Positions 13,931-27,879 of a DNA stretch of 64,000 bases are shown one piece after another. Location of the stretch: contig NC_043006.1 in assembly GCF_006345805.1 (NCBI RefSeq), forward strand, positions 35,774,001 to 35,838,000, in the 5' to 3' direction. A program made the translations under genes and the position numbers. The DNA comes from Octopus sinensis (Eukaryota). Under the pieces are notes generated by a model, which was not told the DNA's origin, did not search any database, and saw only the letters and a list, made by a program, of their open reading frames with translations. Position 1 is the stretch's first letter, and each line of letters opens with the position of its first letter.

Positions 13931-14958
13931 GATAGAAATGAGCGAGGTCTATGCAATCGACTTCAATTATTATTGTCTTGCTTTGTTTTAATGACTTTTA
14001 TGGGCATCAGAATATCGTTTCTTGTGATATAGTTTTCTTGTGTGGTCATTGTGTCTTGATGTAATTCATTAATATATAGTTATAAAAATCTTAAATACAT
14101 TCGTATGTGCAAGTGAAGTGTGTGCATGTGTATGTCTGAATAGGCTCTTGCCTGAGCGTGCGTTTGTGTGTGTGATTGTGTGTGTGCATGTGCATGTGTG
14201 TGTGTACCTACGCGCTAAACTTTATTGAAGTGCTGGGTTAACCATCGAATATATTGCAACTAATGGTTTCGTCTGGGATCAACCGTCTTCATTCTAAGAA
14301 CGTTGTGAAAATAATGAATCATAGTTTTTAAATAATTTTTGATAGAACCATGACACGAACAAAGGCCTTTGTGTATGAGTGTGTGTGCGCGCGTGTGTGT
14401 ATGCGCGTGCGTGATTGTACCTGTGTGTGCATGTATAATTGCGCGTGTGTGTGTATGTTTGTGGTGTAAAGGTCAAAATTATATTTTGAAACCCAGATAT
14501 TACGTAAATTCCAATGTAAAGAACAAAACCTATTATTTTATGAAAATCAAGAGCAAAAAAAGGGGTTGGATATTTCTGGAGAGCTAATGGATATCACACA
14601 TTCCTGATTATATACAACATAACAGTGAGATAATTGCCCAGAATGCCTAAGGACTGTAAAATAACCTCCATGTACATATACACATAAGTATACATACACT
14701 GACACACAAATGTGTGAGTGCATGTGTGTGTTTGTGCGTGCACTTTTATCTACATACATATATATGTATTTATGTATGCATAATGTATATGTATAAACTC
14801 TAGACATTCAAGAATTTTTACCTCATAATATTAAGTACATTCATTCGCTTAATTGCATTTCACAGTAGCGTGACATATTCTACTTACGTGTATGTGCGGG
14901 ACTATATAATATATATATATACACTCATATATATATATATATATAAATATATACACTC

Positions 14959-14991
<33 letters not shown>

Positions 14992-15009
14992 ATATAAATA
15001 TATACACTC

Positions 15010-15043
<34 letters not shown>

Positions 15044-15924
15044 CTGTGTGTGTGTCTGTGTGTGTGTGTCTGTATATATACATGTATGTGTATGTATGTG
15101 TGTACGTGTAAATAGTTAAGTAGGTTGGCATGCAGGTGGATACATACGTGGAAAGTAATGTATGTATGCACATACGATTTGAATCGTTTATATGTGTGTA
15201 TACGTACATGCATACATGCACACACACACACACACATATATATATATAATATATACATACATATATACATACATGTATACGTATATGTATATATATGTAT
15301 ACTTTTATGTATAAAGATATATATCTACAAACACATACATACACAGGCATGTGAATGTACATACATGGAAAAAGATCACGCGTTCAAATTGACGCATATA
15401 ATCTGTACACACAGCTATGTGTGCATGCTTATTCACACGCAAATTCCCTCACTCACACATACACATGCACGCGCACACTCATACGGTTAAAGAAACAACA
15501 CGGACAGCTGTGTAAGCATTAGGGTTCAGTTTGTGTCGCCGCTAAAACTAACTTTTTACATGGTGTTGCTTTGTTTAGAAGTCCTTGGCAGTTCTTCTTG
15601 ATGATAAATCGCCTTCAAGATGGAGGTTGTTGGAAGGTTCCACTAACAAAAAAAGGTTATGTTTAGTTTGTGCTATGTAGAACTAGTTCTGTCACCTAAT
15701 GTGTTGGTACAGATACACAGACTGAGAGGCGGCGCAGTGCTTGTTGTGAGAGAAAAATTGGGATAAAGAGAGAGAAGGAGAGAGAGAGAGAGAAGAGAAA
15801 GAAGGGGAAGAGAGAAGGAGAGAAAGAAGGGGAAAAAGAGAGGGAGGGAGAGTGGATAGCAAATTAGAAATGAAGGGAGAGCATGTGTGAAAAGCTTAAA
15901 CAGATTGTTCAGTTCATAAGTATC

Positions 15925-15960
<36 letters not shown>

Positions 15961-16360
15961 CAGACAGAGAGAGAGATGCATACATACATACATACATACA
16001 TACATACATACATACATTGATAGCTGTTGAGTCCATGTAAATGTTTACGGTTCTGTTCACACAGACAAGTGAATATGTCAATATAAACATATTACAAGTC
16101 ACACCGTTTGCAGCAATGTTTTTGCACGTAGGTTTCTGTTAGCTTACACGTGTGTTTGGAATAGTGTGACGACGTGTGTACGTGTGTGTGTGTGCGTGTG
16201 TTTGTGTGTGTGCGTGTGTGTGTGTGTGCGCGCGAATATACGTAAGAGAATGAGAGAGAGAGAGAGAGATTTGGGGTAAAACGAAGATAATGGAAGAGAA
16301 AGACGTATGGAGGAACGAAGGTAAAAGAAAAGAAAACAGATGGAGAGAGAGTTGAGTAAC

Positions 16361-16416
<56 letters not shown>

Positions 16417-16705
16417 TGGCTGGAGATAGAATTTTAGTTCTGGTGATGGAGAAATTGTGCTGCGGAGACTGATGAATCAACAGGACAGGTGTAGGGGTGA
16501 CTGGTTACGAAACGAGTTGCTATCGGTGGTCCCGGTGGTGGGCGTCGGGTCACGATGGTGGTAGTGGAGTGGTGGTGTTGGTGTATGTAGTGGTGGTGGT
16601 AGCGTGGTGGTGGTGGTGGTGGTGGTGGTGGTGGTAGCGGTGTTGATGGTGTGGAAGCTATGAAGGTATCAGGTGCAGCCATTTTGTATGAATATCAATA
16701 AAATC

Positions 16706-16736
<31 letters not shown>

Positions 16737-17162
16737 TGGAATGGAAGGAGAAAAAGAAAGCAAAGGGAAAAAGATAGACAGAAGGATTAAGAGAGGGGAG
16801 GGGCAGAGAAAATATGTATTGGCCATTCATGTCCTCACCAGTTCAACATGTCCATAAATGCTAAGATTTGGCGTTATTTTTTTTACTTATTCATATATTT
16901 ATTTTATCATTTATAACCTTTTATTTGTAGAAGCTATAGCTTAGTTTTGAGGACATACAAGGGTTGTGTGCCTGCTGGTTATGTATATGACTTTGGGGGT
17001 ATTTTTAGACATCTCTGTTTTATTTTTTAGCGTTATTTTTCTATTTCGTGTTATTGGTTTATGTATAATTTAACCTTGTTAATTCAACTGCTTTATAACA
17101 TGCTTGTCATGTGATGCCATTCAAAATTGTTTTTGTTTTTTCCGTTTCGTTTCTCTTTCTTT

Positions 17163-17740
17163 TATTACCTCCGCCTTAGCGAAAGCGGAGGTAAATTTTT
17201 CAGTCGTGTTTGTTGCCCGTGTACAAGATATCTCAAGAACTGCTGAATGGATTCGGATGAAACTTTCAGGAATGTTTGGCCTCATGACCAGCACGAACTG
17301 ATTAGATTTTGGGATCGATCAGGTATCGGACAAGGATTCTGGATTATTTGTTATATTTACTTTACATGATTAGGATCGTACTTTAACTTTCAAGTCTTTC
17401 TCATCTATCTCCTTTTAGGCTGTAACTATTTTGAATGAGGAATTTGTTAACTTTGGCTTGTATTAGATAAGGATAAACTATTTATTACTAAATTTTCTAC
17501 AACCACCTTCACATTCCATGACTACCATTGGGATCGATCAGGTACCGGACAATTATTCTGGATTATTTTTCCGGTCCTTTTACTTAATTTTTGAGAGCCG
17601 TCGGGTTTATTTTAGTATTCTCGTTTGTGATAGCAGTCGCATTTATTTCAGATATTCTCATTTTAAAAATCATCCCCGGCTAGTCGTTGAGAGGACGTTG
17701 GTGTTGCCTTAGCGGAAGTTCAAGCTCTCTGAGTGCTTTT
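17163..17740 (+). mobile_element. Helentron-associated non-autonomous element (HINE/DINE-like)
   Basis: 5' TTATTACCTCCGCC..GCGGAGGTAA hairpin, core GATATCTCAAGAAC..GGATTCGGATGAAACTTTCAGG, internal ~39-bp repeat (17311, 17530), 3' subTIR GCGGAAGT and CTCTCTGAGTGCTTTT. Confidence 0.7.
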
Positions 17741-17750
17741 ATTGTTGTTG

Positions 17751-17790
<40 letters not shown>

Positions 17791-17791
<1 letters not shown>

Positions 17792-18315
17792 GAGTGAGAG
17801 AGCAGTTCATGCCATCAAAGTGACACTAGGGTAAAATATACAAAGCCCAATTTACCCATCATGACTACCTGTCTGATAAGGGTACACCAGGCACATGCAT
17901 CACAACCATTTGTGCGCGACATGGTGACCTTGCAGGTGGGGCCCAGTTAGAATTTTCCTCAGGTTGAGTAGCCCATCCCGCTCAAAAGGTCCCTGAATAA
18001 GGGTTGTTTAAGGATGTTGAAAGAACCACCCATGTTTCCAGAGGTGAATTATTCAAACCCCAAAGAATCCCTCTCAACACATGGCTATGATGCTCCCCCT
18101 CTACTTCTGCTCGTGATCAGAGATGCACTCATCGTCAGCCACTAAGGAACATGCTCAACTGGTTAAGGTCAAACAACTGACAAGCAAAACTGTGGTATTG
18201 AGCAGAATATTTGCTGTAGCCCATCTTTTATACCAAGACAAAACAATGTACATGATAACACTTCCAATCAGTTAAGATCAGAAGCCATGAGAGCCAGTGC
18301 CTGGTACTGCATCAG

Positions 18316-18316
<1 letters not shown>
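17791..18316 (-). mobile_element. Non-coding ~550-bp interspersed element inserted in (TAA)n
   Basis: Bounded by (TTA)n on both sides; reverse complement matches 26343-26895 and 25815-26305. Confidence 0.8.
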
Positions 18317-18352
<36 letters not shown>

Positions 18353-18539
18353 CCGTAGTATTCCAGTTATGTAACTTCTATAACATTATTTCTGTATCAC
18401 AAAAATTACATGAGTTTATCATTCTTAATATTGTTATTGATAAGGCGGCGAAATGGCAGAATCGTTGCAATTTTTTCTTTTACATCCTTTATTAGTGTTT
18501 CATTACAACCAACTGTGGCTGGACGGGAAGAAGGGATAA

Positions 18540-18850
18540 TCATAAATGTGATAACTGCGTATACGACTAACGAGATTTTAAAAATACTTAGAAACAATCA
18601 GAAATAATGACAAAGAAAAAGCACTGTTTTAGTCACAGAGTCACAATCTAAGAAGCCAAAATACTAATTTGAAAGACTGTAACAAAAACATGAGCGTCAC
18701 CATCTAAAAGATACTAATATTTTACAACGATTTTCTTGATATCAACAAGATTACAAGGTTCTGTTTTTGAAAAGCTGTGTGTGTTTCTATTTGAGTTTGT
18801 GTAAAGTGAAGTCAGAAGAAGCCCTGATCGATATGCAACACAATATGTGC
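18540..18850 (+). mobile_element. Possible Helitron Pif1-helicase C-terminal remnant
   Basis: Frame-broken ILKILRN..VLV..EAKILI..ISTRLQGSVFEKLCVFL resembles LLRN..IEAKILTG..TINKSQGQT..KVGIYL. Confidence 0.4.
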
Positions 18851-19259
18851 TCCATACTCGGGACTTTAAGCATCAGAAGAGAATACTTGCAGAGTTGGTG
18901 TAAACACGCCTGCCCACAGGTTGGGCCTACGATATATGTAAAGATTAAGAAATCATTAGCAGAATTTTTAGTATCATCGTCAACTTGTAACTTGTTATTA
19001 CATTTGTGGAAAGTGAGGAGGGGGTTCGCAAGAGCATGTGGTCGGGTGGTATAGTGTGAACATCCAAATCCTTTGTTGACCACAATTTTTCTCCCTGATA
19101 ATATCTCATTGAAGCAGTAGAGAGATTGTGGCTGCTGGACACTAGGTTCAGTTGATACAAATGATGGTGAAGACGATTTAATGACTTTTTTCTGCATTAA
19201 AAATAGGGAAAGCAAAAAGAAAAGAAAAGAGACAGACGTAATCAAAGCAGAAGCGGCAA

Positions 19260-20150
19260 CACCAGTGACAGGTTGATAAGTTTAGGATCAAGACAGCCCA
19301 TTCTGCTGTTTACAGAGCATCATTTCTCACAGCTCTGAGGATCTGATGCAAAGATAAGTTAAACTTCTTTGTATTCAATGCCAACATCACCAGTAGTCGA
19401 CAATCTACGGCGCAGAGAAGTCATTTTCAGCACTCTATCAAATTTGAACACTGCACTCAGCACTGTTCATATCAATGATGACATAAAATCATCTTGGAAG
19501 GCTCTGCGTGATGCAACGCACTCTGCATCTGCAGCGGTTCTTGGTCTTCCTGTTCGTAAACATCAAGATTGGTTCAACAATAACAACACAGATGTCCAAC
19601 AGTTGATAGATAAAATGCACAGCTCTCTCAGAACTTGGATAAAATGATAAGAGATCATCTAGAAAAGCGAACGCCTACAAGAAATGCAGAGGCCAGGTCC
19701 AGCATGATCTGAGACTGATGAAGGAGGCTTGGTGGTCTTTCAAGGCTACTGAACTCCAAGAAGTTGTAGACAGAAAGGATTCTAAAGCATTTTATGATGG
19801 ACCCAAGAAAGTGTATGGTCCTCAAGAGCACGGTGTTACTCCTAATGTTTCATCTGACATCTTGAAACGATGGAAAGATCACTTTGAAGCCGTGTTGAAC
19901 TCCACCTCAGCTACTAAGGATGTCGTCATAACGTCTGTTCGACAGAACATGTAACAGCTGAACTGTCTCTGGAGCCAATCTTTCTGAAAGTTGCAAACTT
20001 TATTAAACAGATCTCTTCTGGGAAAGCACCTGGCAGTGATGCTATCTCTCCTGAAATCTACAAATATGGTGGACAGAAGCTTTTTAAGAAACTGTTTGAC
20101 CTGTTCATAAACATCCTTGTTTGGCTCGTTAGCAACGTACCACACAAATT
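19260..20150 (+). mobile_element. RTE/BovB-like LINE internal fragment
   Basis: WKALRDA..VLGLPVRKHQDWF, WWSFKATELQ..DRKDSKAFYDG.KKVYGP, GKAPGSDAISPEIYKYGG. Confidence 0.85.
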
Positions 20151-20965
20151 CTCTGATATAAGTCCAATAATACTTATATTATGATAATAATAATAATTGT
20201 TCTAAAGTCGAATAATACTTTAGAACAGTTATCAAGAGACAGGGAATATTCGATTCCAAATGGGACAAATTCAAAATTTCGGAAGTAACGCATGCACGCG
20301 ACACATGAGTGACTTTTTTTCAGATATAAGGTCATGCATGATTAACCATCAAAGGAAAACCTGCTTTAATTGCCGAACACTTTGCATGAGTATTCTGTGG
20401 GGTATTTTCATTGTGTAAATAAGGCGTTGTCCAATTTTTTTAGAATATTACAAGCTTATGCATTTTGTTTAGAAGTTTAAACTTTTTCCTTTCAGCTACG
20501 AAAGCAATTTTTCACGAGAGTAAGAGTATATTTTACATACCTTATACGCCTGTTGACGGGTGAATGATTTAACGAGTAAGACGTTGATATTTTTCTATTC
20601 AAAATTACTGAGTCTACTGTATTTATATTTCACATACCAAATGATACTTCAATACAAATTTTGCATTATGCACAAACAACATTATTTCTATCCAGTATAT
20701 AAAAAAATCTTTTATCATTCATTTGCTTTAATCATTGGACTAGGACATCGCCATAAAAGACTTTTTAGTCAAATAAATTGACTTCGTTGCTTAATTTTTT
20801 AAAGTCTAGTACATATTCGTTCGATCTCTTTCAGGCGAAACGCTATGCTTTGGAGACATGGACAAATCAACAAGCGTTTGTTAAGCGGCTGACGTTACAA
20901 ACACAGACACACACCTAGACATACACACAGACACACGCACAGACGCATACACATAAATGTATACG

Positions 20966-21204
20966 TATTGGGTTGGTGCATAATTATTGCGGCTTTTTTT
21001 TTTCAACAAATTTTATTCATTAAAAACAATATTTAACAAAAACATCTTTAAATGACGGTCTGACCGTCTGCCAAGCAAATGGGAAGCAGTAATTGAAGTA
21101 GATGGCGAATATGTTTCGGATTAATTATTTAAATATGTTTTTGTTATATGTTATTGTTTTTGTTGAATAAGATTTGTTGGAAAGAAACCCGCAATAATTC
21201 AATA
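20966..21204 (+). mobile_element. Internally deleted mariner derivative
   Basis: Left TIR TATTGGGTTGGTGCATAATTATTGCGG, partial right TIR CCGCAATAATT..CAATA; internal LDRLPSKWEAVIEVDGEY transposase C-terminus. Confidence 0.75.
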
Positions 21205-21619
21205 CATGTGTGTGCTCATATGTATGTAGACACAACGGGCTTCGGCACAATTTCCGTCTACTAAATTCACTCATAGCACATAGGTCGGCCCGACGCTATA
21301 GTCGAAGACATTTCCCCAAGGTACCACGCATTGAGACCGAGCGTGAAGTCATATGTTCGCAACACAACCATCTATGCCGAATATGTTTATCTTTTATTCA
21401 TTTTTTGTTTTCCATTTGGTTTGTTTACGTCCCCGTGACCTAGCGGTTGGTCGAAAAGTGATCGATGCAAATGAAGAAATACCACACTTTGAAAAATTGG
21501 TTTTAGGGTCGATTTCTTCGACTAAATCATTCAAGGCGGTGCACCAGCATGGCCGCACTCCAGTGAGCGAAGCACGTTAAAGAATTGTTTTCATTTATAG
21601 TATTAATAACGATATTTTA

Positions 21620-21820
21620 AGGCGTTAGCAACACCGGACAAAACGCTTAGCAGCATTTCGTCCGTGTTTACGTTCTAACTTCAAATTCCGCCGGAAGTTG
21701 ACTTTGTCTTTCATCCTTTCGTGAACGTTAAAATAAGTACCAGTTAAATACTGGGGATCGATGTAATCGACTTACCATCCATCTGAAAAGTTTCTTGTCT
21801 TGTACCAAAATTTGAACCAA
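21620..21820 (+). mobile_element. SINE family A
   Basis: Body matches 400-605. Confidence 0.75.
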
Positions 21821-21967
21821 TATAAAAAAAATGACATTAAACATTTTTAAACATCATTTAAATTCTACGGTTCTTTGGGGGTTAGAAATTGAAATGAGCT
21901 CTTTTTCTTATTTTTTTATTTTTATTTTTTTTTATCAAATAAAGTGACAGACTGAATTGTATTATAT

Positions 21968-22400
21968 GAGGCAACGAGCAGGCAGAAACGTTAGCACGCC
22001 GGGCGAAATGCTTAGCGGTATGTCGTCTGCCGTTAGGTTCTGAGTTCAAATTCTGCTGAGGTCAACTTTGCCTTTCATCCTTTCGGGGTCGATAAATTAA
22101 GTACCAGTTACGCACTGGTGTCGATGTAATTGACTTCATCCTTTTGTCTGTCCTTGTTTTTCCTCTCTGTGTTTAGCCCCTTGTGAGTAGTAAAGAAATA
22201 GGTATTTCGTTTGTCTGAACGTTCTGAGTTCAAATTCCGCCGAGGTCGACTTTGCATTTCATCCTTTCGGGGTCAATAAATTAAGTACCAGTTACGCACT
22301 GGGGTCGATGTAATCGTCTTAATCTGTTTGTCTGTCCTTGTTTGTCTCCTCTATGTTCAGCCCCTTGTGGGCAATAAAGAAATAAGAAACGTTAGCACGC
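21968..22400 (+). mobile_element. SINE family A variant, head-to-tail dimer with Tx1-like tail
   Basis: Two ~185-bp units each ending GCCCCTTGTG(A/G)G..TAAAGAAATA. Confidence 0.85.
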
Positions 22401-22904
22401 TGCGGTTAATTTGTCTGCGAGAATTTGGTTAGAAATTGTTATTATTATATATTGTTATTGTTGCCATTTATTGTTAAATTTTGAACGCGTGCGTTGGGGA
22501 TAACCTGGGTTTTTTCTCACTGAATATTCTCGCTATTCGTTCAACGACACAGCCTATTCCTTGTTTCTAAATATAAGTGGCTGATTATTTCAAAGACACG
22601 TGTACCCGTAATGTAATCATGAGACAGAGTCAGCGTAACACACGTGTATGAAGAATGGATTTCTATGTTTTCTGCTCACTCAACTCCACGCCCAAGATTT
22701 GCAATAACTCGATGTGCTTCTTTAATGCAAGATACTTTGTCAAAGATTCAGAGCGGTGAGGTTGAAATTCTTCATGATTTTCAACCATTTTGCTCTGGGT
22801 TCACTCCCACTGTGTGGCACTCGAGCGAATGTCTTTTGCAATCGCCTCCAGTCGACTGAATCATTTTGAGTCGATTTGGAAGACGGAAACTTAAAGAAGC
22901 ACAT

Positions 22905-23260
22905 CGTGTGGTTGTGTGGTAAGTAGCTTGCTTACCAACCACATGGTTCTGGGTTCAGTCCCACTGCGGGGCAACTCGAGCAAGTGTCTTCTACTATAGC
23001 CTCGGGCCAACCAAAGACCTGTGAGTGGATTTCGTAGACGGAAACTGTATATAGATATGTGTATATGTGTCCGTGTTTGTCTCCCCACCATCGCTTTACA
23101 ACCGATGTTGGTGTGTTAACGTCCCCGTAACTTAGCGGTTCGGCATAAGATATCGATAGATTAAGTACTAGGCATACAAAGAATAAGTCCTTGGGTCCAT
23201 TTCTTCGACTAAAGGCGGTGGTCCAGTATGGCCGCAGTCAAATGACAGAGACAAATACAA
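22905..23260 (+). mobile_element. SINE family B
   Basis: Near-complete copy matching 56068-56465. Confidence 0.85.
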
Positions 23261-23390
23261 GAATGAAAGAATGAAAGAATATATATATATATATATATAT
23301 ACGAGGAATTCACAAAGAAAAACAAAAGACGAAGACAGGTGGTGTAGACAACAAACAGATGTGTTAGTATAACTCTCGGGAAGTGAAAAA

Positions 23391-23430
23391 GTCTTTAACG
23401 TTTCGAGCCTACGCTCTTTCACAGAAAGGA
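23391..23430 (-). ncRNA. Variant minimal hammerhead-like motif (Penelope-type)
   Basis: Minus strand CTTT-CTGTGAAAGA-GCGTAGGCTC-GAAA-CG-TT-AAAG; the CUGANGA box is non-canonical. Confidence 0.4.
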
Positions 23431-23490
23431 ACACAGAAAGAAACAAGGAGAGAAAATAAAGAATGTGTAGTGGCTAGTGATCTATCATTT

Positions 23491-23528
<38 letters not shown>

Positions 23529-24795
23529 GATGTACACAAATACATAACAAGTAATCATAATACTGATATACGCATAACTTAAAGACACGCAGACAAAAAT
23601 ATTAATATTACAAATTTAAAAGTTAATTATAAAAACATGCCAATCAATGAAGAGACAAAAGAAGCTGTAAGATGCTACATGTTGATTTTTATTAGGTATT
23701 TCTGTTTATTTAGAAATCTACAATGAAGAGGTCATTTCACAGGCACTAAACTACAAATTTTACAGGGTACAACCTTAAATTTGACACCGTTCCGCTAAAC
23801 GCAGAAAATTTCTACCTCGCTATTTATAAATACACAATTTTTTTTTATTTTTAAACCTCTATAACATTTTCCTCTAACATTTTTCTCAACAGCATCATAC
23901 GTTCATAGCAATAAGACTGGAAAACTTTATCATTATAGCCGATTTTCAAATTTTTACTGTCTTTTAAAAATGCATATTTGGCGAATAAAAAAAATGGATT
24001 CTTCGTTTGAATAAAATTCCTCGTGGCGGTGACTGAAATATGTATGAATATACCTACACAAGCACACACATACATGCGCGTGCGAACATGTATAAGAGAA
24101 TGCATGTCTGACCATCATATTGGTTAATGCGGTGACAATGTCGGCGTTGGTGGTTTTCTTTTTATGGCAGTGGTACTAATGTCCGGTGCGTAGAGTTACA
24201 AGAATGTTGTTGTTGACGGTGAAGGGCGGTGTCGGTGATTCAATAGCAGCCGTCTGTTTCGCTGTCCGCGCAGGCGTGGTGGTGGCAGTGACGGTGGCGG
24301 TGGTGGTGGCTTTCGTGGTGGTAGTGATGGTGGTAGCGATGTCTGGGAGAGAGGAGCCGGAATTGTAGTGGCCATGTTGTGTCGACGGTAGGAATCGTGA
24401 TAGTGCCGACTGTTGCGGTTTTGGAGAGGAAGTACTAGCTGGTCATAGTGAAAGTGGTCGTTCTAGCACTGGGTGTAATCATGTTAGGCTAACAGTGTTT
24501 ACAATGGTGCTAATGGAATTGTTGTTGTTGTTGTCGTTGTTGTTGTTATTGTTGTTGCTGTTGTTCTCCCTTTTATTGATCTTGTTGCCAAGTGCATGGT
24601 GGCAAGCGTGGGTGAGGGTTCAGAAGGCGTTTGCAAATATTGATAGTGCTTTTTGTGTGCATCGATAGCACCATCGGTGGCAACCGTACCGCCACCACCG
24701 TCCTCCCTTCTTCTTCTTCATCATCATCATCACCAGTATATGTGTTTCTCTGTGTTGTATGTGTGTGTGTGTTTGTGTGTGTGTGTATGGCGAGG

Positions 24796-24985
24796 GCGCA
24801 TGGCCTAGTGATGACGCTGATGCGCTCCCGATCGCCAGATAGTGAGTGCAACTCCCAGACCGGGCGACGCGTTTTGTTTATGAGTAAAACACTTCATTTC
24901 ACTTTGCTCTACAATCATTTCGACATCTGGCGGGTGATAGGCTTGCACACCTTTACGGGCAATGTGGATTTGATGGAAGAACTGA
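24796..24985 (+). mobile_element. Decayed tRNA-derived SINE (family C/D)
   Basis: A-box TGGCCTAGTGA, CCCAGACCGGGCG..TTATGAGTAAAACAC, related to 28795 and 60707. Confidence 0.6.
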
Positions 24986-25116
24986 GGTAATTTGCAGCAC
25001 ATAAATTTGATCATTCTAAACAAATCATATGAGAAGATCATTCAGCAAAAAATGAACACTCACCTGTCGTTGTTATCGACCAGATATTCCATTAATTTAT
25101 ATATATATATATATAT

Positions 25117-25149
<33 letters not shown>

Positions 25150-25687
25150 AAGAAAGAGAGAGAGAGAGATGCAAATAAACACATTTGGAATTGATATATA
25201 AGATATACATATGCACATGAAAATGTATAAGGGATGTATGTATATAGAAAGAAAGAAAAACTGAAAATATCCAGATGAACATTCGTGTGCACGCATTTAG
25301 TTATTTAAATATTTACAGAACACTAAGAAAACTAAGCGGAAATTTTAAGTAAAATTATACTAATTTGTCCAGCTGTTTTAATTTACTTAAATTCTATGTC
25401 TTTGTGCACCTGAGGATTGCACTGCATTTAAATTGATGTAATGATTGCATTGTTCAACTAAATGGAGCTGCGTGAAACGATCGTACTACATTAACACTGG
25501 ATATCCTTGTCGCTTATTTTGATTATATATATACGTATGTATGTATGTATGTATGTATGTGTATGTGAATGTATGTATATATGTATATGTGCATTGAAGT
25601 TACTCAAACGAACACTGGTAGTTGTAACATACACACATATACGTATATATATACATCTATGTATGCATATATGTGTATATATATATG

Positions 25688-25731
<44 letters not shown>

Positions 25732-25814
25732 GATTTTGCATAGTCATGGAGAAACTAATAAACCAGTCGAATAGAATTCAGTGCGAGACAGTGGCTCTCG
25801 TGGATTCTCATCTT

Positions 25815-26305
25815 ACCTGACTGGAAATGTTACTATGTACCGAGTTATGTTTTGGTATAAAAGATGGGCGGCAGCAAATATTCTGTTAAATACCACAGGT
25901 TTGCTTCTCAGATATTTGACCTTAACCAGTTGAGCATGTCCCTTACTGACTGATGACATGTGTATCTCTGATCACGAACAGAAGTAGAGGGGGGAGTGTC
26001 ATAGCTATGCGTTGAGAAGAATTCATCTGTGGAAATATAGGTGCTTCGTCAAACATCCATAAAGAATCCTTATTCAGAGACTGTTTGAGCAGGATGGGAT
26101 ACTCGACCTGAACAAATTTCTAAAAGGGTCCCACCTGCAACGTCATGCGCTGTTTATTTTGACATGAGATCACTATGTCGCGCACATAGAGTTATGATAC
26201 ATGTGCCTAGTGTACTCTTATCAGACGGTTATTCATGATAGGTATACGGGGGTTCGTATATTTTATCCCAGTGTCCCTTTGATGGCATGCAATGCTCTCT
26301 CACTC

Positions 26306-26339
<34 letters not shown>

Positions 26340-26895
26340 TAATAAATGCCCTGATGCAGTACCGGACAGTGACTCTCATGGCTTCTGATCTTAACTGATT
26401 GGAAGTGTTATCATTGTTTAGTCTTGGTATAAAAGATGGGCTACAGCAAATATTCTGCTCAATACAACAGATTTGCTTGTCAGTTATTTGACCTTAACCA
26501 GTTGAGCATTCCCTTAATAGCTGACGATATGTGCATCTCTGATCACGAACAGAAATAGTGGGGAAGCATCATAGCCATATGTTGAGAGGGATTCTTTGGG
26601 GTTTGAATAATTTACCTCTGGAAACATGGGTGTTTCGTTCAACATCCTTAAACAATCCTTATTCAGAGACCATTTGAGCGGGATGGGCTACTCGACCAGA
26701 AGAAAATTCTAACTGGGTCCCACCTGCAAGGTCATGTGTTGTTTATCTTGATATGTGATCACTATGCCGCACACATTTGATTGTAATGCATGTACCTATT
26801 GTACCCTTATCAGACGGGTAGTTATGATAGGTATACTGGGCTTCGTATATTTTTCCTCAGTGTCACTTTGATGGCATGCAATACTCTCTCACTCA
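25815..26895 (+). mobile_element. Two head-to-tail copies of the (TAA)n-associated element
   Basis: Both end CTCTC(T)CACTC followed by (AAT)n at ~26305 and ~26895. Confidence 0.8.
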
Positions 26896-26910
26896 ATAAT
26901 AATAATAATA

Positions 26911-26943
<33 letters not shown>

Positions 26944-27104
26944 GCTATTACTATTATTATTATTATTATTATTGTTATTATTATTATTGTTGTTGTTGTT
27001 ACTATTATTATTAATGTTGTTGTTGTTATTATTATTATTAATGTTGTTATTATTATTATTATTAATGTTGTTATTATTATTATTATTATTATTATCATTA
27101 TGAT

Positions 27105-27800
27105 TTCAAATTTATGCACTAGACCAGCACTTTCGGGGGAGAGAGTGAGTCGATTACATAGACTCCAGTATTTAACTGGTACTTATTTTATCGATCCGAA
27201 GGGACGAAGAGCAAAGTCGAGCTCCACAAAATTTGAACTCAGGACGTGAACTCGTACGAAATGCCGCTAAGCATTTTGTTCAAGGTGCTGACGACTCTGC
27301 CGGCTCGCCACCTAAATAATAACAATAAGAAAAATGATGCATTTCAAATTTTGCCATAAGGGTAGCAATTTTGAGGAAGATAATGAGTCGATTATATTGA
27401 CCCTAGTGTTCAACTGGTACTTAATTTATCAACCGCAAAAGGATGAAAGGCAAAGTCGACCTCGGTGGAATTTGATCTTAGAACTTTAGAACGGGTGAAA
27501 TACCGCTAAGCATTTCGTCCAGCATGCTACGGATTCTGCCAGCTCGCCACTTGAATAATATCAATAATAATAATGATAATAAATAATAATCCTTTCCGCT
27601 GTAGGCACAAGGTCTGAAATTTCGGGGAAGGGATCTAGCTGATTACATCGACCCCAGTGTTTCACTGGTACTTAATTCATCGACTCTGAAAGAATGAAAG
27701 GAATAGTCGAACTCGGCAGAATTTAAACTTAGAACGTTGCAACGGGCGAAATACCGTAAGAATCTCTGCCAGCATGTTACGGATTCTGCTAGCTCAACAC
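27105..27800 (-). mobile_element. Three tandem SINE family A copies with (AAT)-rich spacers
   Basis: Reverse-complement copies at ~27105-27315, 27345-27552 and 27590-27800. Confidence 0.8.
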
Positions 27801-27817
27801 CTGAATAACAACAACGC

Positions 27818-27876
<59 letters not shown>

Positions 27877-27879
27877 TAG

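Noticed and set aside
16434-16700. Proline/histidine-rich ORF with AAAATGGCTGC start
   Set aside because: Driven by (GGT)n low-complexity sequence
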